This document shows, one piece after another, positions 40,509-50,106 of a stretch of DNA of 64,000 nucleotides (its first letter is position 1; each line of letters opens with the position of its first letter). Position numbers and translations under genes: made by a program. Origin of the DNA: Gallionellaceae bacterium (lineage in GTDB: Bacteria > Pseudomonadota > Gammaproteobacteria > Burkholderiales > Gallionellaceae); assembly GCA_043755195.1 (NCBI GenBank), contig JAYUTK010000001.1, forward strand, positions 2,875 through 66,874, in the 5' to 3' direction. The notes beneath the pieces were generated by a model. The model was not told the origin of the DNA, did no database searches, and saw nothing but the letters and a program-made list of their open reading frames with translations.

Positions 40509-41845
40509 CAGAGATCGCTCCTGCCGGCGTTGAGTCGGCCCACCTGCGCCATCAGACCGTCAAATATCCGCCCGGATACTGCGGTCGGGAACTCCGCCGG
40601 GAGTTCTGCCGCCACTGATTCGATCACTGCGGGTGTCATGGCGGCAATTCGCTGGATGACTGCTTCGAAATCGGATCCCAAGGCATTGGCCTTGGCCACT
40701 GCGTTCCAATGTCGGCGTTGAATCCCGGCGATCCGGTAGTGGGCATTCTTCGCGTGCAGCGCCATAGCCAGCTTCACTTTCTGCCACTGAAACTCGCGAG
40801 CACCCTTTCCAATTACCGGCCAAGCCGACATCACATCGTAGAGCGGCGTGAGCCAAAAGCGACCCTGTGATCCGATAAAAACACTGAAATTTTTGGCGTG
40901 CCCATCGGGAGCAGCGAGCATCCAAAATACAAGCTGAGCCGTCATAAAATTCGTGCGGTCAGATTCGGCATTGTCGCTGCCACGCAATGTGTTAAGGATG
41001 GCCGCGATACCGGGCCCACCCTGCTCTTCATACTTACGTTCCGGCGGCAATCCTGACACCTGGCAAAAATCTTCCTGCGGCAAACGAGCCCACCAGCCGT
41101 TGATGAGGCGGCGGTCAAACCGCGTGACCGCCAACACCTTGTGCCGGCCAAACATCCCATAAGAACAATCCGCGACCGGAAGACCATAAGCACGTACTAA
41201 CTTAGCGCAAAGCCATTCATTCTCGACCGAGGTAGAAAAATCGGCGCGCATTCCACCCACCTCGCCCAACGGCAGCTTCAGAATATGCGTAGTGGGTGTT
41301 GTCCCGCGCGGCCGGCACCATTGATCGTTGTGCCAGAGCAGCGCGGTCTTTTCCTGCGCCCCGGCAATGGAAATTCGCAGCTCATCTTCTTCAGGCACAC
41401 CGATGTTCCGATTGCTTACTGTGTCATCGAGAATTCTTTCGACATCAGATTCGGAGAGTGGCTCGGCATCAATTCGTCGAACATCAGGAGCCGGGCTACC
41501 ACTGGGCAGAAGTTGCAGAGCGCCAACACAATCACGACCAATTTTTTCGAGCAGTTGAAATGCCTGGGTAGAGTCGGTGCCGAATTTGGATGCCAAGCGC
41601 TTGCGGATGCCCTGGCTGTCGGGAAGTAAGTTATCGAAGTAGGACTCGACGATACTCCCTGAAAACGGAGCTGTCCCTTGGGAGAGCGGCAGCGAAAGGG
41701 ATAGTGGCCGCCCCTGCGGATTGTCAAGCCAAGATGAATCGTAGGAAAAGGAATGGCCGCCTGCCGAGGTAAACGTCCAATGGCCGACGAACTCGCCGTT
41801 CATCCAAATATCCAGCACCTTTCTGGATGACGGACGCCCAGCCAT
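40508..41845 (-). CDS. hipA: HipA-family kinase toxin (with N-terminal couple domain)
   Basis: SIAGAQEK, HILKLP, DGHAKNFS, LTPLYDV; start overlaps the hipB stop, stop overlaps the asnB start. Confidence 0.95.
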   Translation of the reverse strand: MAGRPSSRKVLDIWMNGEFVGHWTFTSAGGHSFSYDSSWLDNPQGRPLSLSLPLSQGTAPFSGSIVESYFDNLLPDSQGIRKRLASKFGTDSTQAFQLLEKIGRDCVGALQLLPSGSPAPDVRRIDAEPLSESDVERILDDTVSNRNIGVPEEDELRISIAGAQEKTALLWHNDQWCRPRGTTPTTHILKLPLGEVGGMRADFSTSVENEWLCAKLVRAYGLPVADCSYGMFGRHKVLAVTRFDRRLINGWWARLPQEDFCQVSGLPPERKYEEQGGPGIAAILNTLRGSDNAESDRTNFMTAQLVFWMLAAPDGHAKNFSVFIGSQGRFWLTPLYDVMSAWPVIGKGAREFQWQKVKLAMALHAKNAHYRIAGIQRRHWNAVAKANALGSDFEAVIQRIAAMTPAVIESVAAELPAEFPTAVSGRIFDGLMAQVGRLNAGRSDL

Positions 41846-42135
41846 TACCAAGGCTCCCGAGGTTTCATCTTTTGACTTCCTGAGGCAACCTTTTTTTCCG
41901 CTGCCTTCACCGCAAGGGAATTCCGTGGCTCAACCTGAAGTTCGGCATCCAGCGCCATCAGCACAGTAAGAAGTTGGTCTATGGACATCCTCTCAGGATG
42001 ATTTTCTATCACCGAGATACGCTCCTGGGACAAGCCTATCTTCTGGCCCAGATCAATTTGCGACCAACCCTTGGCCTTCCTTAATTGCTTAAGGATGGGG
42101 CCCAACTGGCCTGTGGTGCGAACATTGTTAGCCAT
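41845..42135 (-). CDS. hipB: HipB-like XRE-HTH antitoxin
   Basis: LKQLRKAKGWSQIDLGQKIGLSQERISVIE. Confidence 0.9.
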   Translation of the reverse strand: MANNVRTTGQLGPILKQLRKAKGWSQIDLGQKIGLSQERISVIENHPERMSIDQLLTVLMALDAELQVEPRNSLAVKAAEKKVASGSQKMKPREPW

Positions 42136-42166
42136 GGTGAATATTCCTTTTAACGAATACGCTAAC

Positions 42167-42215
42167 TATATTCGCTATTCGATATATTTTCAATATATTC
42201 TCTATTGGCTATATT
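42167..42215. promoter_or_regulatory. Duplicated operator-like motif upstream of hipB
   Basis: TATATT-N2-CTATT-N3-TATATT at 42167-42188 and 42194-42215 (27-bp period). Confidence 0.4.
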
Positions 42216-42267
42216 TAATTCCATTTCTTATTTATTCCAATTCCATTTTGAAATGCCAATAATCAAG

Positions 42268-42300
42268 TCCGTTCGTGGTGAGCCTGTCGAACCACAGTTA
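42268..42300. repeat. REP-like half element
   Basis: gtccgttcgtggtgagcctgtcgaaccacagttacc, shared with the copy at about 4333-4370. Confidence 0.7.
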
Positions 42301-42543
42301 CCTTGACACACAGTTATCTTGTAATTCCATTTCCAGTTAAATCCGGCGACAATTCCCTCCCCTTGAAGGGGAAGGTGTAGTGGCGTTAAATTCGCCAGAT
42401 TACAGTGCCAAATGCCGCGCAAATTAGTACCAAATGCGTCGCGGCGTTACAGGCGCGAGAAAAATTTTAGCGCGCCGCATATGTTTGATATGTAAGCGTT
42501 AAAATTTTTGGAACAACGCAGCATCGCGACGGAGTTTGGATTT

Positions 42544-42790
42544 TTAGAGGTGCCCTAATGCCGCAACAATTTGTTTCACTGCTGCCTCCGGCGAAAACAG
42601 CTTGGCCGACAAGGTACGGCAATGGGCGGACACATTTTTTCCAGAGCTAATCTCGTCTGCAAGTTCCCGCGCCAGACGCTGCAAGGTATCAACCGAGTGA
42701 TCCGTGCAGACTCGCCCAACACCTTCTGTTCGTATCAACGCTGCCAGATCATTGCTTGGATTAATGCTCCCCAGCACAGGCAAGCCGGCC
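42544..42790 (-). pseudogene. 3' remnant of a WbuB-like GT4 gene (copy B)
   Basis: YMQAGLPVLGSINPSNDLAALIRTEGVGRVCTDHSVDTLQRLA; closely matches about 44020-44260. Confidence 0.85.
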
Positions 42791-42839
42791 TGCATATATA
42801 AGCTTGCAATTACGGGAACAGGAATCCATAATTGCAAGC

Positions 42840-44018
42840 ATGATAAATCGCTTTCTTTACACCAAGCTATCAGACGCAATCTCACGATCGCCTGCGGTAG
42901 CTTTGATTGGCCCGCGGCAAGTCGGAAAAACCACGCTGGCGCTGGAAGTCGGCAAAAACCATAATGCGCTCTACCTCGATCTCGAATCCGAACAAGATCG
43001 CGCCAAGCTCGCCGAACCGGAGCTATATCTTGCTGACCACCAAGACAAACTGATCATCCTGGATGAAATTCACCGCGCGCCCAATCTCTTTCCGGTTTTG
43101 CGAGGCCTGATAGACCAAGGGCGACGTGCTGGCCGTAAAACCGGCCAATACCTGTTGCTCGGCTCTGCCTCCCTTGACCTGCTCAAGCAATCCGGCGAAA
43201 CATTGGCAGGGCGCATCGCCTACCTGGAACTCGCTCCGTTCAACCTATTGGAAACACAAGCACTACCATCGGATGACCTCTGGGTACGAGGTGGTTTTCC
43301 GGAAAGTCTGCTGGCCGCCAGTGCAACCTGGAGCCTGCGCTGGCGGCAGGATTTCATTCGCACCTATCTCGAACGCGACATCCCTCAGTTTGGACCGCGC
43401 ATAGCCGCCGAAACCCTGCGACGCTTCTGGGGTATGCTCGCCCACTATCAGGGCGGCCTGCTCAACACTGCCCAGTTTGCCCGCAATCTGGGTGTGGATG
43501 CCAAAACCGCTGCAAGTTATCTCGATTTACTCGTTGACCTGCTGCTGGTGCGGCGCCTGCCACCATGGCACGCCAATCTGGGCAAGCGGTTGGTCAAATC
43601 GCCCAAGGTGTATGTACGCGACAGCGGCTTGGTACATGCCCTGCTCAACATTCCCGACAAGGAAACCCTGCTTGCCCACCCAGTCGTGGGACAAAGCTGG
43701 GAATGCTTCATAATCGAAAACCTGATCACCTCCGCACCGGATGGTGTGCAAGCGTATTTCTATCGCAGCAACGGCGGCGCCGAGGTTGATCTGCTACTGG
43801 CTTGGCCAAGCGGAGAACTCTGGGCCATCGAAATCAAACGCAGCCTCACCCCCAAGCTGGAACGCGGCTTTCACGCTGCCTGCACCGACCTCAACCCAAC
43901 CCGCAAGTTTGTCGTTTATCCAGGCACGGAACGCTACCGCATCGCAGCAGACATCGAAGCGATTTCCCCGGCCTGCTTGGCCCTGGAATTAAATCCAGCT
44001 ATTAGGGTGCTGCAATAA
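42840..44018 (+). CDS. AAA_14/DUF4143 ATP-binding protein
   Basis: LIGPRQVGKTTL, ILDEIH, LLGSAS, RGGFPE, KRLVKSPKVYVRDSG, EVDLL...AIEIK. Confidence 0.92.
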   Translation: MINRFLYTKLSDAISRSPAVALIGPRQVGKTTLALEVGKNHNALYLDLESEQDRAKLAEPELYLADHQDKLIILDEIHRAPNLFPVLRGLIDQGRRAGRKTGQYLLLGSASLDLLKQSGETLAGRIAYLELAPFNLLETQALPSDDLWVRGGFPESLLAASATWSLRWRQDFIRTYLERDIPQFGPRIAAETLRRFWGMLAHYQGGLLNTAQFARNLGVDAKTAASYLDLLVDLLLVRRLPPWHANLGKRLVKSPKVYVRDSGLVHALLNIPDKETLLAHPVVGQSWECFIIENLITSAPDGVQAYFYRSNGGAEVDLLLAWPSGELWAIEIKRSLTPKLERGFHAACTDLNPTRKFVVYPGTERYRIAADIEAISPACLALELNPAIRVLQ

Positions 44019-44400
44019 GCCCGCTGCAATTTGTTTTACTGCCGCCGCTGGCGAAAACAGCTTTGCCGACAAGGCACGGCAACGGGCGGATACACTTTTT
44101 CCAGATCTAATCTCGTCTGCAAGTTCCACCACCAGACGCTGCAAGGTATCCACCGAGTGATCCGTGCAGACTCGCCCAACACCTTCTGTTCGTATCAACG
44201 CTGCCAGATCATTGCCCGGATTGATGCTCGCCAGCACGGGCAAGCCTGATTGCATATACGAAAGGAACTTGCCGGGTATGCTGTGGGTTTTGTGGCGCGG
44301 ATCGAGCGCAACAATGCCCACATGGCACTGGCACTGGGCATATAAACCGGGAATTTCCGCAGGATCGATCTCGTCATGGAATACCACGTTATCCAGCGGG
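43989..44400 (-). pseudogene. 3' remnant of a WbuB-like GT4 gene (copy A)
   Basis: HVGIVALDPRHKTHSIPGKFLSYMQSGLPVLASINPGND; 5' part missing, break at a REP half. Confidence 0.85.
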
Positions 44401-44470
44401 TATGACCCGCCCTACAGATTATTTCCTGTTTGCAGGGGAAATGGAATTAGCAAGAACCTGGGGAATCTAT

Positions 44471-44504
44471 TTGACCTTTAGTGGTAAAAGTAGTAAATTA
44501 CCAC
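44471..44504 (+). promoter_or_regulatory. Putative promoter/operator of the mazEF-like pair
   Basis: TTGACC-N17-TAAATT overlapped by the inverted repeat GTGGTAA-N10-TTACCAC. Confidence 0.5.
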
Positions 44505-44528
44505 TTGTAGTAATTGATGGAGTAAATC

Positions 44529-44756
44529 ATGGAATTTGCACGCGTTACGGCCAAAGGCCAGGCAACAATCCCCAAGCGCATCAGAGAAGCCGCCCATATT
44601 CGGGAGGGCGATATGCTGGCGTTTGATCTGGATAGCAACAACCGGATCACCATCAAGCGTATTGATCCGTCTGTTGACGTCGAGTTATCAGCGTTGCAAG
44701 AGACTCTATCTGAATGGAGCTCACCTCAGGACGAGGAGGCGTGGCGTGACCTTTAA
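44529..44756 (+). CDS. AbrB/MazE-family antitoxin
   Basis: ARVTAKGQATIPKRIREAAHIREGD; C-terminal LSEWSSPQDEEAWRDL. Confidence 0.9.
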   Translation: MEFARVTAKGQATIPKRIREAAHIREGDMLAFDLDSNNRITIKRIDPSVDVELSALQETLSEWSSPQDEEAWRDL

Positions 44757-45084
44757 ATCATTTGATGTGGTCGCTGTACCTTTTCCATTCACAGATCGTG
44801 ACGCAACAAAGCGCCGTCCGGCCTTGGTAATTTCCAATGAGAGCTTTAATCAGCAGCACAATCAAATTGTGTTGGCCATGATCACCACGACCACTGATAA
44901 CGTTTGGCTCAGTGATGTTTCATTAACAAATTGGCAAAAGGCCGGGCTAAAAGTCGCTTGCCAGCTTCGTTTGAAATTGTTCACGCTGGATCAAAGCCTA
45001 GTCTTGAAGACTATCGGACATTTATCATCCAAAGATGTTAAATCCGTACAAGCTGCTTTAACTGCGTTTATTGATGTTGGTTAG
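44746..45084 (+). CDS. PemK/MazF-family toxin
   Basis: GTG start overlapping the antitoxin; FDVVAVPFPFTD...KRRPALVIS...LAMITT. Confidence 0.9.
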   Translation: MTFKSFDVVAVPFPFTDRDATKRRPALVISNESFNQQHNQIVLAMITTTTDNVWLSDVSLTNWQKAGLKVACQLRLKLFTLDQSLVLKTIGHLSSKDVKSVQAALTAFIDVG

Positions 45085-45108
45085 CTCTGGACACTCAGTC
45101 CCCAGCAC

Positions 45109-45540
45109 TCAGTCCCCAGTCCATGGATCAAGCAAGACCAGCTCACTTATTTTGCGAAAATCTTTCGTGTTCCGGGTCGCCAAGGCCAAGCCATGACGGA
45201 GTGCAATGGCAGCTATCTGTGCATCCTCAGTAGAAATCGGCATACCAACCTTATTACGGGTGGCAACCAACGCAGCATACCCATGAGCCGCCAACTCATC
45301 GAACGGCAAGCAACGCCCGACAAAATCCTGATCGAACATCTGCTCCACCGCACCGGCAATTGCATCCCTGCGCTTGCCGCCCGGCAACAAAGCCACACCC
45401 AACAACAATTCGGCTTGAGTAATTGCACTGGTATAAAACTCAGTGTCCATTTGTTGCGCAAACCAGGCAAGCACCATCGAAGAAGGCTGGGGGCGCATCA
45501 ACTCAGACAGCACATTAGTATCCAGCAGCACGCCCTGCAT
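45109..45540 (-). CDS. vapC: VapC (PIN) toxin, FitB-like
   Basis: LLDTNVLSE, ITQAE, DAQIAAIA, LATRNTKDF. Confidence 0.95.
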   Translation of the reverse strand: MQGVLLDTNVLSELMRPQPSSMVLAWFAQQMDTEFYTSAITQAELLLGVALLPGGKRRDAIAGAVEQMFDQDFVGRCLPFDELAAHGYAALVATRNKVGMPISTEDAQIAAIALRHGLALATRNTKDFRKISELVLLDPWTGD

Positions 45541-45542
45541 GA

Positions 45543-45788
45543 TCAGCTTTCCATCTTGGGCGGGGTTCTCACTTTTAGCCGCTTGGGAATAGGCAAAGCA
45601 TCCAACTCAAGTGCGGCAAAATGCTTTTGAATACGCTGCGCAAAAGCCGGCTGGTTCCGCTTCGGCAAAACCGCACGCAACAGAATCTCGCGCACCTCCT
45701 GCTCCATAGAGCAACCGTGCTGCGCTGCCTGTAACCGCAAACGGTTTTTGACCTCATCATCAATATTTCTAATCGTAAGTGCCGCCAT
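45543..45788 (-). CDS. FitA-like ribbon-helix-helix antitoxin
   Basis: MAALTIRNIDDEVKNRLRLQAAQHGCSMEQEVREIL; ATG 45788. Confidence 0.9.
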   Translation of the reverse strand: MAALTIRNIDDEVKNRLRLQAAQHGCSMEQEVREILLRAVLPKRNQPAFAQRIQKHFAALELDALPIPKRLKVRTPPKMES

Positions 45789-45855
45789 GTCAGCCCCCGA
45801 AGTGATTGCAATGCCATCATTGTAATCACTTGTCGGCGGTACAGCAATACGTAGT

Positions 45856-45975
45856 TCAGTCCCAACCGGTTGTGGGCATATGCGGCACTGGTGGCATGAG
45901 CGCCAAAACCAGCACAACCAATGAAACGGAGCCAAAGGCTCATCTCCATAGAACAGTCCGATTGCCCTGTTTCAC
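45856..45975 (-). pseudogene. VanZ-family N-terminal remnant
   Basis: VKQGNRTVLWR*AFGSVSLVVLVLALMPPVPHMPTTGWD* with in-frame stops. Confidence 0.6.
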
Positions 45976-46073
45976 ACTGATTGCCTCCCGGTAATTGCTC
46001 CACCAGTTCATTCCGTTCACCCACCTGCCAATTCCAGCAACACCATTGAGGAAACCAACTAAACCACACACAT
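45976..46073 (-). pseudogene. N-terminal remnant of a second asnB-like gene
   Basis: (V/M)CGLVGFLNG matches MCGLVGFLGG of the intact copy, then homology is lost. Confidence 0.5.
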
Positions 46074-46086
46074 TCTCATCACCATA

Positions 46087-47076
46087 TTAAAAGTCGCTAG
46101 CAGCCAGCGTAATGCCGGATAAACCATCAACAATAGATGTGCCGTCCCACGTGGTCATGAAAAATGGAAAAGCTCGTCTTAAAGGTAACTTCCAACATCC
46201 CCTATCTATTTCATTTGCTGCACAGCCAAAACCCGAATGCATAACCAATGTTGGTCGACTCACACTGGACAACACATCACCCAACATAGAAACAGGCGCA
46301 ACAAAATCGACCATCAAATCAACAGGCCCCTTGAATCGTCGCGTCACCCGTAAACCAAGTAAATTCCCACGAGACTCAACAGCGGATACCACATATTTTC
46401 TATGTGGTGCATCAAGAAAGCGCCATGCAATAAATTCAGGGGTGTATTTAAGGTGTGTATCGGGTCTTTCCGTCAAGGATTGCCAGAAATCTGATGGCAG
46501 TTCCCGCAACTGTTCCAAGCTGCTTATGCGCCGGGTATTCCTGAACGGCAGTATCCAATTAAATTTGGCAAGATATAAATGTAATGGATCTCTGAAGTCC
46601 ATCTTTTGTCTCTTCCAACCTGGTACCGCATTAGCATTAGGGTGGCCTAATAACCAGACACCTTGTTCGGCAAGTGTCTGTCGCGCGCATTTAATCATTT
46701 TCACAAATAAGTTTTTTGTTCTGTGGTCTGGATGGGTTAATACGTTTACTGCGAAGCAAGCTTTCTGCAACTTCCCTTTGCATTCCAGAACCGTTGGAAT
46801 CAAAGCAATAAGCCCAATCCAAAGATCCTCTTCATGAGCGATAACCAAGGTTGCCGGCCCATACGGGTTGTCAAGATAGAACCACTTCAAAAAATCCTTG
46901 GACAGAGCAGGATGCCCATCAGGATAGTACCTATTACCCAGCCCAATAAGTGACGTTATGTGACTGCTATCACATGACAATGCGGAAATTTCTGTTTCCA
47001 TAGAATTAGCCCGTCTAATCAGCCAGCCCTGAAATTTGGCTTGTATTAATTCCAGATAATCAAAGCTAAATGCCAA
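46087..47076 (-). CDS. GNAT-family acyltransferase
   Basis: FLKWFY..NPYG, VNVLTHPDHRTKNLF, LLGHPNANAVPGW, IAWRF. Confidence 0.8.
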   Translation of the reverse strand: MAFSFDYLELIQAKFQGWLIRRANSMETEISALSCDSSHITSLIGLGNRYYPDGHPALSKDFLKWFYLDNPYGPATLVIAHEEDLWIGLIALIPTVLECKGKLQKACFAVNVLTHPDHRTKNLFVKMIKCARQTLAEQGVWLLGHPNANAVPGWKRQKMDFRDPLHLYLAKFNWILPFRNTRRISSLEQLRELPSDFWQSLTERPDTHLKYTPEFIAWRFLDAPHRKYVVSAVESRGNLLGLRVTRRFKGPVDLMVDFVAPVSMLGDVLSSVSRPTLVMHSGFGCAANEIDRGCWKLPLRRAFPFFMTTWDGTSIVDGLSGITLAASDF

Positions 47077-48046
47077 CAGACATCGGCATTAATCGACTTG
47101 CATTTCCGACATCGGCCATCGCCACGCTGCGCATCCCATACTTGTCCGCCAGGAATAAATAAAATTTCAATAGTGATTCAAGATTACTCAAGTTCTGCTC
47201 TAAATTTGTTCCAAAATTATGCGGATGCCACCAAAGGTGAAATATCCCATCTGTTCTAGCCGCTTCTAGCATGCCCCGCTTTACTCGCAACAAGTGAAGC
47301 GAATCCAAAATACGAAAATTCGTAGAAGGTCGTAGAAAACAACTTGCTGGAACATTCACCGGCACACCGGCCACAACACATTGCTCTGGATACGAGACAT
47401 GGTCACCCGATAAAGGAAGATAACCGTCTGTTTTTCTAACCAACCTCCCTATTGAACCATAGGGCGTGAAGTGACCATCGCGATACAACCAATGATCTTG
47501 ATTACCCCTGTATGCGGTTATGCCATATGCCGCAGCAATGCGGAGATAGTCCTCCTTCACTTGATTGCGAGGGAGTACCAGACTTGTGGCTTTAATTCCA
47601 TACTCAGAAAAAATTGATTGCTGACATATCACATCTGCGGCAAACTGCTCTGGAGTGGCCCCCGCTTCACCACAATAGAAATGGCTATATGTGTGCGTGG
47701 CTAATTCCTGTCCCTCCGTATCTAAAATCTGTTCAACCAGTGGTCGCGCAAAAAATAGCTTGGGATTTTCTCGTACAACCTCATCCAGTGAATATGTAGA
47801 GCACTCCCTGCGCTCGTAGCCAGGCAATACAGATGGCCTGATTTCACGCCATTGCGAATAGTTGCGACACATCAACATGCCAACAGTTGCCCATGTTGCC
47901 CTGATTTCATACCGCTGAAATAAATCCAGCATCTTTGGTATGGCCTCCCATTCACCTTCAATATTATGCCGATACCCTGCAATGGTGCGTGAATCAGCGA
48001 CACCCCAAAACAACTCGAAATCGAGTGAGATAACAAAATCAGACAT
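47066..48046 (-). CDS. Polysaccharide deacetylase family protein
   Basis: FVISLDFELFWG, ATWATVG, ELATHTYSH, LVLPRNQ, FHLWWHPHNFG. Confidence 0.9.
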   Translation of the reverse strand: MSDFVISLDFELFWGVADSRTIAGYRHNIEGEWEAIPKMLDLFQRYEIRATWATVGMLMCRNYSQWREIRPSVLPGYERRECSTYSLDEVVRENPKLFFARPLVEQILDTEGQELATHTYSHFYCGEAGATPEQFAADVICQQSIFSEYGIKATSLVLPRNQVKEDYLRIAAAYGITAYRGNQDHWLYRDGHFTPYGSIGRLVRKTDGYLPLSGDHVSYPEQCVVAGVPVNVPASCFLRPSTNFRILDSLHLLRVKRGMLEAARTDGIFHLWWHPHNFGTNLEQNLSNLESLLKFYLFLADKYGMRSVAMADVGNASRLMPMSVGI

Positions 48047-48114
48047 TAGGCCACCTCAGTTTTAAAATGCGTACTTGTCTTTTTTCGATCAAAGAATCGG
48101 TCATTTCCCGATCA

Positions 48115-48969
48115 CTAGCGTGCAACCCCATTTTTTGCAAAACCAACCGCACACCAAAACGGATTTTCTTCACTAAACTTGATATTCTCCAACCCAGCCG
48201 ACTCCATCATCTCCTTGATTTTTGCCTTGGTAAATCGCTGCTCAAAGCGTGTACCAAATCGATCCAACGCATCAGTGCGCATCACATAAAATCCGCAATT
48301 TCGATAAGCCGCAAGCGGGAAGTTCTCAACATTGCCCCCCAGATTTTCAGTCAACTTGGCTGATCGAGCTAATGGCCAATAAACCAGAACTGCTATCACT
48401 TGACTCATCGCATATCGCAAACCATGCGGCATGTGCGAAACCACCTTACGAACCAAGTCGCTCAATTGCCAAAGTACTCGAAACCACACTGGCCGATTAT
48501 CGAAGGCATAGTATAAGAACAACAGAAATGGGGCGCCCGGCTTGAGCTTGGACACACAAGCAACTAAGGCAGCGCGGGTATCCGGGATGTGGTGCAGCAC
48601 ACCCAAGCTATAACCGAAATCCATAGACTGATCACCTATTGGAATGTCATCTACTCCCGCTTGATGAAACTCGCAATTAGCAAGTGTGCGCAGGTTCTTT
48701 CGTGCCACCTCGATTGCAACACTCGGATCGATACAGTGCAGCTTGCCCACACGCGGGGCAACTAATTTTGCCCAACGACCACTGCCGCAGCCTAGATCGA
48801 AACCAACCGCATTCTTTGGCAAATCACCCCAAGGGAAGACTGAAAAATAGCTCTCAAAAATTCTCTTTGTATCTTCACCTGACATGCCAGTCTGGTCAAG
48901 CCGCGACCACTCATCACCAAACCCTTCCACAGTTTTAACGTCCAGATTATTAAATTGAGTTCTATTCAT
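48115..48969 (-). CDS. Class I SAM-dependent methyltransferase
   Basis: FDLGCGSGRW, YSLGVLHHIPD, DALDRFGTRFEQRF. Confidence 0.9.
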   Translation of the reverse strand: MNRTQFNNLDVKTVEGFGDEWSRLDQTGMSGEDTKRIFESYFSVFPWGDLPKNAVGFDLGCGSGRWAKLVAPRVGKLHCIDPSVAIEVARKNLRTLANCEFHQAGVDDIPIGDQSMDFGYSLGVLHHIPDTRAALVACVSKLKPGAPFLLFLYYAFDNRPVWFRVLWQLSDLVRKVVSHMPHGLRYAMSQVIAVLVYWPLARSAKLTENLGGNVENFPLAAYRNCGFYVMRTDALDRFGTRFEQRFTKAKIKEMMESAGLENIKFSEENPFWCAVGFAKNGVAR

Positions 48970-50096
48970 TTTCTTGAGACCTCATCGTAAACCTCTTCGT
49001 ATTTTTCCCTGATTTTTTCAATCCCGTATTCTTCTCTTACCTTTTTTGAATTTCTTTCACCAAGTATTTTGCGATCAACTGGGTCAAGGTCACACATTCG
49101 TAGCAAAGCATCGGCAAGGGAAGCTGAATCCTTTACCGGCACGACAAAATCATCTACCCCAACAATATCAGCGGCATCCCCCACCCGCGTTACCACACAC
49201 GGCAGACCCATAGCCATGGCCTCAACCACCACATTAGGGAATCCCTCGCCGCACGCTGATGAAAGACAAAAAATATCCATCGCAGAAAGAAAATATGGAA
49301 CATCTGACTGCTCCCCTAATAACTGGAAGCTCTTTCCGAATCTCGTGCTTTCTATCCATCTACGAAGCGCATTATTAGACCATCCAATGTTGCGTCCAAC
49401 CATCAAGAATTTAACATTAGCCCGCTTAGCAGCTAAGTTAGAGGCGGCAGTTACAAAATTATGATGGTCTTTTATTGGATCAAAACGGCCGACTGCACCG
49501 ATAACTATGTCGCCGTCATTAAATCCCAACTCCATACGAGCCTTAGTCCTTGAATTCAGATGACGGTTAAAAGCGGAAAAGTTGTAACCATTTGAAATAA
49601 CAGTTATTTTGTGCGCAGCGTATCCTAGTTTGATATGGACCTCTTTAGCCGATTTGGCACAGCAGATTATTCTGTGGGGAACAATATGGGAGCAGAATGC
49701 ACAGAGGCGAACGAGCCAAAAAGTTACGCTCAACGGTCCTTGCGGAATAGTGGTACAGCGTATGCCCCACACAACGGCACAAGATCCCGCCAAACGCGCA
49801 GCCAGTCCACCCAAGAGATCGGCGTGATACATCCAGGTTTGCACAATATCCGGGCGCAATGTACGAATCAGCCTGATAAGCCGCCACAGTGCAAGCGGGG
49901 CTTGCATTGCACTATGCATACCTAGTGCATGCACGCATACACCGCGAGCACGCAAAGATTCACCGATCACACCCAAAGATGTAAGCGAGACAACGACGGT
50001 TTCGGGGATACTCGTGGGGTCAGATTCAATCAGCCGTTTGAGCATCATTTCGGCACCGCCCACACCGAGGTCAACGATGACGTGTAAGATTCTCAA
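48966..50096 (-). CDS. GT4 glycosyltransferase
   Basis: ILHVIVDLGVGGAEMML, QTWMYHADLLGG, GEGFPNVVVEAMAMG. Confidence 0.93.
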   Translation of the reverse strand: MRILHVIVDLGVGGAEMMLKRLIESDPTSIPETVVVSLTSLGVIGESLRARGVCVHALGMHSAMQAPLALWRLIRLIRTLRPDIVQTWMYHADLLGGLAARLAGSCAVVWGIRCTTIPQGPLSVTFWLVRLCAFCSHIVPHRIICCAKSAKEVHIKLGYAAHKITVISNGYNFSAFNRHLNSRTKARMELGFNDGDIVIGAVGRFDPIKDHHNFVTAASNLAAKRANVKFLMVGRNIGWSNNALRRWIESTRFGKSFQLLGEQSDVPYFLSAMDIFCLSSACGEGFPNVVVEAMAMGLPCVVTRVGDAADIVGVDDFVVPVKDSASLADALLRMCDLDPVDRKILGERNSKKVREEYGIEKIREKYEEVYDEVSRK

Positions 50097-50106
50097 CTCA
50101 TTCCTC

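Noticed and set aside
45092-45119. 14-bp tandem duplication cactcagtccccag at the vapC/mazF junction
   Set aside because: Only two units with no further structure; probably slippage or a heptamer-repeat remnant
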